From positions 21,285 through 85,284 of the IMG/VR virus record IMGVR_UViG_2597490295_000013: 64,000 nt of DNA. One strand, 5' to 3'. Below are positions 1 through 6,916 of the stretch, piece by piece. A model generated the notes under the pieces. It was not told the origin of the DNA and ran no database searches. It saw only the letters and a list, made by a program, of their open reading frames with translations. Position 1 is the stretch's first letter. Each line of letters starts with the position of its first letter. Made by a program: the position numbers and the translations under genes. The stretch comes from a virus.

Positions 1-13
1 CCTTTCTACCTAT

Positions 14-54
14 ATTATAACATAACTAAACTTTTAATAATACTCTGCGGTGTA
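14..54 (-). promoter_or_regulatory. Leftward sigmaA-like promoter preceded by the TACACCG motif; its gene lies left of the window
   Basis: Minus strand: TACACCGC-AGAG-TATTAT-17 nt-TATAAT with extended TG, then AGAAAGG RBS at the window edge. Confidence 0.7.
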
Positions 55-84
55 TTCATAAATTATTTTCAGTGCAATTTCTTT

Positions 85-125
85 TACACCGCACCATAGT
101 ATAATAACTCTATATATGGTATACT
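85..125 (+). promoter_or_regulatory. Rightward (antisense) promoter with the same motif geometry
   Basis: TACACCGC(85-92)-ACCA-TAGTAT(97-102)-17 nt-TATACT(120-125) with extended TG; same architecture as the leftward cassette promoters. Confidence 0.65.
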
Positions 126-131
126 GTAAGT

Positions 132-212
132 AGATAAAGAGTTAAGAAAACATATAGTAATACCTCCTTTCTTGTAAGGGTTAGCTAGTCGGTGGCTGAC
201 TCTTACTTTGTA
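132..212 (+). ncRNA. Candidate ~80-nt small RNA carrying an anti-Shine-Dalgarno sequence and a 3' hairpin
   Basis: Follows promoter 85-125; contains ACCTCCTTTCT (162-172); 12-bp stem 174-185/195-206 whose two G-U pairs form only on the + strand; TTTGT follows; no ORF. Confidence 0.45.
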
Positions 213-252
213 AATTCTATATACACCGCTTTATCCGGTGTATTACCATACT

Positions 253-278
253 AAAAGAAAACTACCAATAAATGGTAG
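253..278 (-). terminator. Intrinsic terminator of gene 279-704
   Basis: CTACCA-5 nt loop-TGGTAG stem followed by a U-rich tract, directly after the TAA. Confidence 0.75.
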
Positions 279-704
279 TTAAAATTCTTCTGGTAAATTT
301 CTCCATGCTTTACTTGCTTTTCTAGCAATTATTTTTTTTTCTATTGCTGACATTACTAATTCAGTATTTTTTCTTAAAGATTTTTCAATTTTTTCAAATC
401 TTTCTTTCTCTGATAATTCCATAAAATTAATAAAAGATTGTTTATTATATTGTATAAAATCTTTTTCACCTGTCATAATTGTATTGAGATTAGATGTATA
501 TGTGCCTTCCATTAATTGGTTATTATACAAAAATTTTATTTTTACTATAATAAAAAATCTGTTATTACTTCTTTTGTAACTAATTAATCGGATATTTACT
601 CTTTCAATTTCTTTCTTGTCTAGTATAATATAGGTGACATATAAAATTCCTATTATCCCAAATACTAACATAAACATAAATATTGCTTGTATAATTTCAT
701 TCAT
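279..704 (-). CDS. Hypothetical protein with an N-terminal transmembrane helix
   Basis: 141 aa; RBS AGAAAGGGAG; hydrophobic residues 5-27; own promoter (731-771) and terminator. Confidence 0.8.
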   Translation of the reverse strand: MNEIIQAIFMFMLVFGIIGILYVTYIILDKKEIERVNIRLISYKRSNNRFFIIVKIKFLYNNQLMEGTYTSNLNTIMTGEKDFIQYNKQSFINFMELSEKERFEKIEKSLRKNTELVMSAIEKKIIARKASKAWRNLPEEF

Positions 705-853
705 TTAATACACTCCCTTTCTGTAACTCTATTATCTCATATATGCTAAGAAAAAGATACTGTCCGGTGTATTAAAAAATTATACATTTTATTATCCAGT
801 GTATTAAAATTAGGCATACACCGCTTTATCCGGTGTATAAAAAGATGGAATCC

Positions 854-1027
854 TTAAATAACAGGAAACCATACCTTTTCAAGATGCAGATATTCATAAT
901 AAATATGGTAATCTCTACCAAATATAATTTTAGTGAATCTCTTATGACCACCATATTCACAAGGATTGTAAATATATCCTTGTTTTTCTAATCTTCTTAC
1001 TAATTTGTTAAATTCTGTATTTTTCAT
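854..1027 (-). CDS. Small hypothetical protein (57 aa), missing from the ORF track
   Basis: AGGAG RBS then ATG at 1027: MKNTEFNKLVRRLEKQGYIYNPC...KVWFPVI, TAA at 854-856. Confidence 0.7.
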   Translation of the reverse strand: MKNTEFNKLVRRLEKQGYIYNPCEYGGHKRFTKIIFGRDYHIYYEYLHLEKVWFPVI

Positions 1028-1029
1028 AC

Positions 1030-1377
1030 TCAACTCCTATCTATCAAAACAACTTGCAAACTATCTCTAAATGCTATCTCATAAGTATTTTCTTTAACTG
1101 CTAAAATTTTTGTTATAAAATTAGTTACTAAAATATTTTTAAATTCTTCAACATATTTTCCAAATTCTTCCATTCCTTTTTCTGTAAAATAACAATGACC
1201 AATTTTTTCATTTAAGCTATAATCTTGTGGATTAATGATTGGTAAATTTCTTTTAAATTGGTATGATGCTGTAGTATTATATAAATTTCTGTGCATTTCA
1301 TCGGGAATATTCATATCCCTAAACATTCCTACCCATTCATTCACTATATCATCAAAAAATTCTAATCTATAAAACAT
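1030..1377 (-). CDS. Hypothetical early protein ending at TGA (stop, or a 10-codon extension to TAG 1000-1002 under code 4)
   Basis: 115 aa; GAGGTG RBS; promoter TTGTGC-17-TATAAT with the motif upstream; TGA overlaps the RBS region of the next gene. Confidence 0.75.
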   Translation of the reverse strand: MFYRLEFFDDIVNEWVGMFRDMNIPDEMHRNLYNTTASYQFKRNLPIINPQDYSLNEKIGHCYFTEKGMEEFGKYVEEFKNILVTNFITKILAVKENTYEIAFRDSLQVVLIDRS

Positions 1378-1535
1378 AATTCCACCTCATTTCTATATAA
1401 TAATTATATCATATTTTACTAGAAAGCACAACTATGCGGTGTATAGGAATTCTTTTCCGGTGTATTCAGCAAGGGTAATTACATTTACACCGTGTCTTCC
1501 GGTGTATTGACAGTAAAAAAAGAGAAATTAATCTC

Positions 1536-2168
1536 TTAATATAATTCTCTATCATAAAATTGACAAGTGCCAGTGTCACATATTAAATAGGTATTTCTGT
1601 TTGAAGTGCTACATAATATATTATTATAATGGATATCACTTATTTGATATCCTTTTTTTCTAAATATATTATCAACAAATTCTTTAAATTTTACCATTCC
1701 TTTACAATGAATATTTTTAGGTTTTACACCTTTCTCTTGGATTAAAATAGTAAAATTTTTATAAACAAATATATCTACAACTTTTAACAAATGTTTTTGT
1801 AATGGCGAAAATTTCAAAGCTCTATAATTTAATGCTTCAATAATATTTTGATTATGATACATGAATCTGTCCTCAATTCCTAACCATATTTTAACAGATT
1901 CTTTATTAACTCCTAAATTTAAAATAGAAATAGTATTAAGATAATTTCTGTTAGTAATATGATTATTTTCAATTTCTTTCATTATACGTTTATATCCTAA
2001 TTTGGGTAATAATTCATAATCAGACATTTCAGTGTATCTTTCAATTTTTATTACTAAATTATCATTCAATGTATATACATCCCTAGAAATTCCACAGCCT
2101 AACATTTGTATATCGTTTTTATTGTCAAATATTTCCATTGCTTGTTTTCTTAATTCCTCTCTATCCAT
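1536..2168 (-). CDS. Protein kinase-like (atypical kinase fold) early protein
   Basis: Gly-rich loop LGCGISRDVY, VIKIE lysine strand, catalytic-loop-like SDIHYNNI and DFG-like ICDTG in kinase order. Confidence 0.55.
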   Translation of the reverse strand: MDREELRKQAMEIFDNKNDIQMLGCGISRDVYTLNDNLVIKIERYTEMSDYELLPKLGYKRIMKEIENNHITNRNYLNTISILNLGVNKESVKIWLGIEDRFMYHNQNIIEALNYRALKFSPLQKHLLKVVDIFVYKNFTILIQEKGVKPKNIHCKGMVKFKEFVDNIFRKKGYQISDIHYNNILCSTSNRNTYLICDTGTCQFYDRELY

Positions 2169-2390
2169 TTTATTCTTCCTTCCATTTTATGATAGTTAGG
2201 AATAGGTTAGACCAGAGTCTAGTCAGTAGTCTAACTCATTTGTAACTATACTTAATTATATCATAGGTTTTAAGAAAATACTATTATGCGGCGTATTTCT
2301 CTTCCGGTGTATCAGCGGTGTATTTTGAGTGGAGTAATCACGTTTACACCGCACTTTCCGGTGTATTCATGTCCTAAAAAAAATGAAAGA

Positions 2391-2936
2391 TTACTCTTCC
2401 ATTTTAGCAAGTGCTTTTGCCATTGCATAGGCATTTTTATTCGCTCTGTATTCTGTTCTACACCATCTCATATAAAATTTTTGTTGATTATCTCTATCTT
2501 TTTCTATCCTTACATATTTTCTATTTATTTTTTTATCAATTTCTAAATCTTCCCAGAATCTAGCAGGATTATCAAGATAATCTAACCAGTGTCCCAATTC
2601 ATGTAATATCGCATATTCTTCAAGCCCAAAATTAGGATTAATTTTTTTCATTTTTCTTTCAATTTGTTTTATTGCTTTTGGAAAATCTTTCTTAAATAAT
2701 TGAAGGTCTGAATCTGAAAAACGCAATATAGTATCATTCTCTTCAATTCTAGGTATAATATTATCTGTTCGAAACATTGAATAATCTAAATCATTCAATT
2801 TATTAATATCACCTTTAATAGCTAATGAAATAGGATATATTCTATTAATTTTTAAAGTAACACTATTAAAATAATGAGGATATAATTTTTTCATTTTTTC
2901 AAATATTTTTTTTGCTTTAATTTCTGATTCCATCAT
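2391..2936 (-). CDS. HExxH motif protein (ImmA/IrrE-like zinc metallopeptidase fold)
   Basis: ILHELGHWLD motif and a downstream EYRAN; start moved to ATG 2936 because the RBS AGAAAGGAAG and the promoter lie inside the longer predicted ORF. Confidence 0.5.
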   Translation of the reverse strand: MMESEIKAKKIFEKMKKLYPHYFNSVTLKINRIYPISLAIKGDINKLNDLDYSMFRTDNIIPRIEENDTILRFSDSDLQLFKKDFPKAIKQIERKMKKINPNFGLEEYAILHELGHWLDYLDNPARFWEDLEIDKKINRKYVRIEKDRDNQQKFYMRWCRTEYRANKNAYAMAKALAKMEE

Positions 2937-3023
2937 TTCTAACACTTCCTTTCTATAATCATTATAACATAAATACAAAGAGAATACTATTGTGCGGTGT
3001 ATAAAGATATTAAAAAAGGAAGA

Positions 3024-3302
3024 TTATTCCTTTTCTGAAACAATCTCAATAGTTTCGCCCAGAATTTTTTCTAATTCGGCAACTGTATATTTTTTTACCT
3101 TAATTGGTCTATTATCTTCAATAACACCATTTGAAGCTTCATAATAAATTTCATTATTATTTTTATTAAATTCTCTTTTAACCCAAAATCCATCAGAATT
3201 TTCATAATAAATTTTATTATTATTTTTATCAAATACAGAAAAAGAATCATCTTGGTATCTTATAATATATTCACCTTTTAACTCAACACCTTTTAATTTC
3301 AT
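3024..3302 (-). CDS. Phage hypothetical protein with a tandem (NNNxIYYExSxG) repeat
   Basis: 92 aa; two copies NNNKIYYENSDG / NNNEIYYEASNG; own promoter TAGTAT-17-TATACT. Confidence 0.75.
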   Translation of the reverse strand: MKLKGVELKGEYIIRYQDDSFSVFDKNNNKIYYENSDGFWVKREFNKNNNEIYYEASNGVIEDNRPIKVKKYTVAELEKILGETIEIVSEKE

Positions 3303-3601
3303 AGCTTCACTTCCTTTCTAATTATAGTATATCATAATATTACAGGTAATACTACTATACGGTGTATAATAAATTTTATCCGGTGTATTCCTGGTCATAA
3401 GCGGTGTACGGAAAGAAGCGGTGTATTAGCGGTGTAGGTCCTGGTCGTGAGTGCGGTGTATATTATACACCGGAAGTTCCGGTGTATTTATTTGCGGTGT
3501 ATTTACTTGACAGTTGCGGTGTAATACACCGACCCGTCGGTGTATTTCCTGGTCGTCCTTTGGGTACCAAATTATGGGAATAGAATTGCGGTGTATTGAG
3601 T

Positions 3602-3630
3602 ATAAAAAAAAATAGGGAATTAATCCCTAT
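3602..3630 (-). terminator. Intrinsic terminator, an exact 29-nt duplicate of 4382-4410
   Basis: Minus strand ATAGGGATTAATTCCCTATTTTTTTTT overlapping the radC stop codon. Confidence 0.8.
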
Positions 3631-4088
3631 TCTATTGTTCCATATTCTTTGAAACTGTAAAATTTATTTTCAGAACCTATAATAATATGGTCTAACACTT
3701 TTATTCCTAAAAGTTCCCCACAGTCACACAATTTTTCTGTTATTTTAAAATCTTCACCACTTGGTTCGGGATTCCCACTTGGATGGTTATGCATCAATAT
3801 AATACTTGAACAATTTTCAGCGATTGCATATTTAAATACGTCTCTAGGATGAACAATTGAACAATTTAAAGTACCGCTTGATATCTGTCCGATTCCAATA
3901 ATTTTATTCTTTGTATTTAATGCAATAACCCAAAATTTTTCTTGTGCTAATTCCCTTGCTTCTAATAAATCAGCGATTTCACTTATTTTAGTTGGTGAGT
4001 TAATTGTATATTCAATTAATGCATCATTTACTTCACACGCTTCGATTCTTTTTAGTCTCATTTCATATACAGATAATAATTTTTTCAT
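3627..4088 (-). CDS. radC: RadC-like JAB domain protein
   Basis: EKFWVIALNTKN, SGTLNCSIVHPRDVF, HNHPSG...SGED JAB metal motif, VLDHIIIG. Confidence 0.93.
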   Translation of the reverse strand: MKKLLSVYEMRLKRIEACEVNDALIEYTINSPTKISEIADLLEARELAQEKFWVIALNTKNKIIGIGQISSGTLNCSIVHPRDVFKYAIAENCSSIILMHNHPSGNPEPSGEDFKITEKLCDCGELLGIKVLDHIIIGSENKFYSFKEYGTIE

Positions 4089-4381
4089 AATATCCTCCTT
4101 TATTAATTGTTTATCGGTTATACCTTATTATAGCATTAATAAAGAATTTATTCAACTATGCGGTGTATTAAAATTTTATTGCGGTGTATTTCCGGTGTAT
4201 TTTCCAGGTTGCGGTCGGCGTACGGACTAGGGACTGGAAATTTCCGGTGTATAAATAATGCGGTGTATTTTCCTGGTCGTCTTTGGCTCACGGACTTTAG
4301 AGGATAGATTTGCGGTGTATTTTTCCTGGTCGCGGTCGGTGTACGGATTATTGGGCAGAGATTTGCGGTGTATAAATAAGC

Positions 4382-4410
4382 ATAAAAAAAAATAGGGAAT
4401 TAATCCCTAT
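4382..4410 (-). terminator. Intrinsic terminator identical to 3602-3630
   Basis: Same 29-nt sequence, overlapping the stop of 4400-4690. Confidence 0.8.
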
Positions 4411-4690
4411 CTTCTAAATATTCTACGTATTTATCAATATATGAGAATATTCTAAGTATTCCCAAACTTGCTGGAATATACCTCCATTGGATCTTTTTGT
4501 CATTAATTCCAATCCCTGGAAGTACTTCCGCTACCTTACAATAAATTACTGTTGTCTTTTTTAATACTAATTTAGATAATTCTGTCAAAACTGAAATGGA
4601 ATCTTTTCCCTGGGAAATCGTTCCATCTTCCCTGGTTTCTATATCTATTAATTTGGATAATTCTGGAATTTCGAATCTATATGTTAACAT
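4400..4690 (-). CDS. Hypothetical early protein
   Basis: Start moved to ATG 4690 behind the shared RBS AAAGGGGTAAAAA; TAA stop inside the terminator. Confidence 0.7.
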   Translation of the reverse strand: MLTYRFEIPELSKLIDIETREDGTISQGKDSISVLTELSKLVLKKTTVIYCKVAEVLPGIGINDKKIQWRYIPASLGILRIFSYIDKYVEYLEDRD

Positions 4691-4743
4691 TTTTTTTACC
4701 CCTTTCATAGTGTATAAATAGGGGAAAAATTTCCCCTATTTTA

Positions 4744-5085
4744 TCAATTCAATTGTTGTTGTTGCTTAACCCATTCATCTATCCATTCTTTTTCAATTAT
4801 TCTAATTTCTTCTAATGCGGTATCATCTAAAAAATCGATTAAAATATTCGATAAATCAACAACGGTAACAGTATAATCACGTTTTATAAAAAATTTTGTC
4901 TTTGATTCTTTAGTGCCATGGTGTGCTATTTCGCATATAACATTTTCTTGATTCCTATATTCTTCAAATAATATCAATAGCATTCTTCTAGCTTTTATCA
5001 TATCAAGCTTATAATGATTTACATGTATAGTAGCTTCATCAACAACACCTGATTCTTTATTAATAATTCTATAAGTTGTAAACAT
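4744..5085 (-). CDS. Hypothetical early protein ending TGA-TAA
   Basis: Start ATG 5085 behind AAAGGGGTAAAAA; tandem TGA then TAA (4741-4746). Confidence 0.7.
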   Translation of the reverse strand: MFTTYRIINKESGVVDEATIHVNHYKLDMIKARRMLLILFEEYRNQENVICEIAHHGTKESKTKFFIKRDYTVTVVDLSNILIDFLDDTALEEIRIIEKEWIDEWVKQQQQLN

Positions 5086-5132
5086 AATTTTTACCCCTTT
5101 CATAGTTTTAATTTATAAGGACTTTTTAGTCC

Positions 5133-5249
5133 CTATTCTTTTAAATATTCTTTAAATTCATTTTTCATTAAATCATAATTTATAACTATTTGGTCTTCAT
5201 CATAATCGTAAATCATTGCTAGCCATTCTGAATAGGTTAATTTTTTCAT
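5133..5249 (-). CDS. Small acidic hypothetical protein (38 aa), missing from the ORF track
   Basis: AAAGGGGTAAAAA RBS then MKKLTYSEWLAMIYDYDEDQ...EYLKE, TAG. Confidence 0.6.
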   Translation of the reverse strand: MKKLTYSEWLAMIYDYDEDQIVINYDLMKNEFKEYLKE

Positions 5250-5314
5250 TTTTTACCCCTTTCAATTTTAATTTTCTAGGGTAGGAAAACCCCTACCCTA
5301 GCAATACTTTTTTT

Positions 5315-5527
5315 TTAAATATCTTCATTTTCTATCTGTATTTCATAAAGTTTTTCTGCAATTTCTCTTTTTCCTTTTTCGCCATCATACTCGATTCCTA
5401 AATGCGATTCAATAAAATCACATTCTTCTAAGATTTCAAGGATTCTAAAACTTTTAATAGAATTCTTACAAATTTTGTAAAATAATGCTTCTTCTGATTC
5501 TCTTAATCTCAAATCATTGTTTAACAT
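5315..5527 (-). CDS. Hypothetical early protein
   Basis: 70 aa; AGGAGG RBS; hairpins on both sides. Confidence 0.7.
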   Translation of the reverse strand: MLNNDLRLRESEEALFYKICKNSIKSFRILEILEECDFIESHLGIEYDGEKGKREIAEKLYEIQIENEDI

Positions 5528-5594
5528 GGTATTACCTCCTATTTTAGATTATAGAGGGTAGTCCTTTACTACCCTCTTTTTAAGTCCCTAGAAA

Positions 5595-6149
5595 TTATTT
5601 TAAGCTATTTAAATAATTTCTAGTAATAATTTTTCTTAAACGTAATTTGTTACCATCTTTCACAGTAGTGACGTGTAACATGAGTAGCTTTTTAAACTGT
5701 TTAGATGTTAATACTGATACTGATTTTTTGTTTATATCTGTGATAAAATTCTCGAGTGTTATCATAAAAACGTCACATTCTCTATAGTACTTCATGATTC
5801 TATTAACAAACCTCAAATAAGTCTCGTCTGTACCCTTCTTAAATTCTGTTATACTTGGTGAACTGTTTTGCCCTAAATACTTAAATTGTATTCTTTTACC
5901 TTGATAGATAAAATCAAAGTGGTCAATTTTATCAAAGACGGGGTTTTGTATCCCTAACTTATATTGAGTATATAAATCAGCGATTTTACCTCTATTCATT
6001 TGATAGTCAAAACCTTCATAATCTTCTTCACTAAAGTAACATTCAAGCTCTTTGATAGCTCTTATGTTATCCCTATTGAATAATTCACGCCATTCGTTTT
6101 TTTCTGTTCTTAATGTTTTAACTTTTGTTGTTACTTTTTTAGTAGTCAT
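5595..6149 (-). CDS. Hypothetical protein, possible PD-(D/E)XK nuclease-like fold; first gene of the leftward arm
   Basis: 184 aa; AAAGGAAGG RBS; D-x10-QxK pattern (HFDFIYQGKRIQFK) only loosely resembles a nuclease motif. Confidence 0.55.
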   Translation of the reverse strand: MTTKKVTTKVKTLRTEKNEWRELFNRDNIRAIKELECYFSEEDYEGFDYQMNRGKIADLYTQYKLGIQNPVFDKIDHFDFIYQGKRIQFKYLGQNSSPSITEFKKGTDETYLRFVNRIMKYYRECDVFMITLENFITDINKKSVSVLTSKQFKKLLMLHVTTVKDGNKLRLRKIITRNYLNSLK

Positions 6150-6403
6150 TATAATACCTTCCTTTCATTCATTGGTTATACTAACTTGATGCTAGTATAA
6201 CGCTATTACACTTATATGATACTTATTATCGGTTAGTACCAAACAAGTGTTCTATTATGTTTTCAATGTGCTTTTAGAAGTCGCGACACGTCCGCTTTAT
6301 AACTTCCTGTGGTACTTATTAAATTATGATACATTATATATATACCTTATAAAAATACCTCTAAACATTTATTTTAAAAATAATTCAAGTTTTTTACTGT
6401 ATT

Positions 6404-6422
6404 GTAATGAGAATCATTCTTA
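6404..6422. promoter_or_regulatory. Fur-box-like 7-1-7 inverted repeat
   Basis: TGAGAAT-C-ATTCTTA (6408-6422); the 19-mer matches GATAATGATAATCATTATC at 14 of 19 positions. Confidence 0.45.
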
Positions 6423-6725
6423 ATGGATATTTAAGTCTTAACCCAAAAGTCATGTATACCCTATATCAGCATTTTAAAGTGCCTAGAATCAATTTTAATA
6501 TCATTCTAGTATTATAATATTATACCATGTTAAAACCGTTTAAATCTAAAATAAAGCATTATAGAATATATAAAAATATTTTAAAATATCTATATAATCA
6601 CTATTTTATTTTATGCAATAAAAATATATTAGTAAAAATAATCATGCTACTTTTATTGCATAACTAAAAAAAATTTATGCTACTTTTGTTGCACTGGTCA
6701 TGCAAGTTTTATGCAACTTAGTTTT

Positions 6726-6916
6726 GACTGTTATATCCTTAACACATTCAATTATCTAATTGTGTCAAACAATAAGAATATTAAGTGTGATATAATTAAC
6801 GATGCAGTTATCTAATTGTGTGAAACAATAAAACAATTGACTGTTATATTGTTAACACATTCATTTGCATGTTATTTCCTTAACACATTCAATTATCTAA
6901 TTGTTTGACACAATAA
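6726..6916. repeat. Cluster of imperfect direct repeats in the divergent non-coding region (iteron- or terminus-like)
   Basis: CCTTAACACATTCAATTATCTAATTGT twice (near 6737 and 6878); TTATCTAATTGT three times; GACTGTTATAT twice. Confidence 0.6.

Larger units (their letters stand above)
48..4372. repeat. Dispersed intergenic CGGTGTA/TACACCG motif family (37 exact copies, 3 one-mismatch variants)
   Basis: Copies at 48, 85, 222, 236, 765, 817, 831, 1437, 1458, 1486, 1500, 2305, 2316, 2345, 2359, 2995, 3360, 3381, 3402, 3419, 3430, 3454, 3466, 3480, 3495, 3517, 3525, 3538, 3588, 4161, 4182, 4193, 4245, 4261, 4313, 4337, 4366; all intergenic. Confidence 0.95.

Noticed and set aside
143-154. Met-Phe-Ser micropeptide behind a perfect minus-strand RBS
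   Set aside because: Three codons, no minus-strand promoter found after the upstream terminator; better explained as the complement of the anti-SD sRNA candidate
2286-2546. Plus-strand ORF 2286-2546 and ORF 7281-7496
   Set aside because: The first is made of spacer motifs plus the antisense of 2391-2936; the second has no RBS and lies in the repeat-rich non-coding region
3360-4372. CRISPR array or integron attC array
   Set aside because: The repeats are only 7 bp with irregular spacing; no 23-47-bp repeats with uniform spacers, no cas or integrase gene, no GTTRRRY boxes
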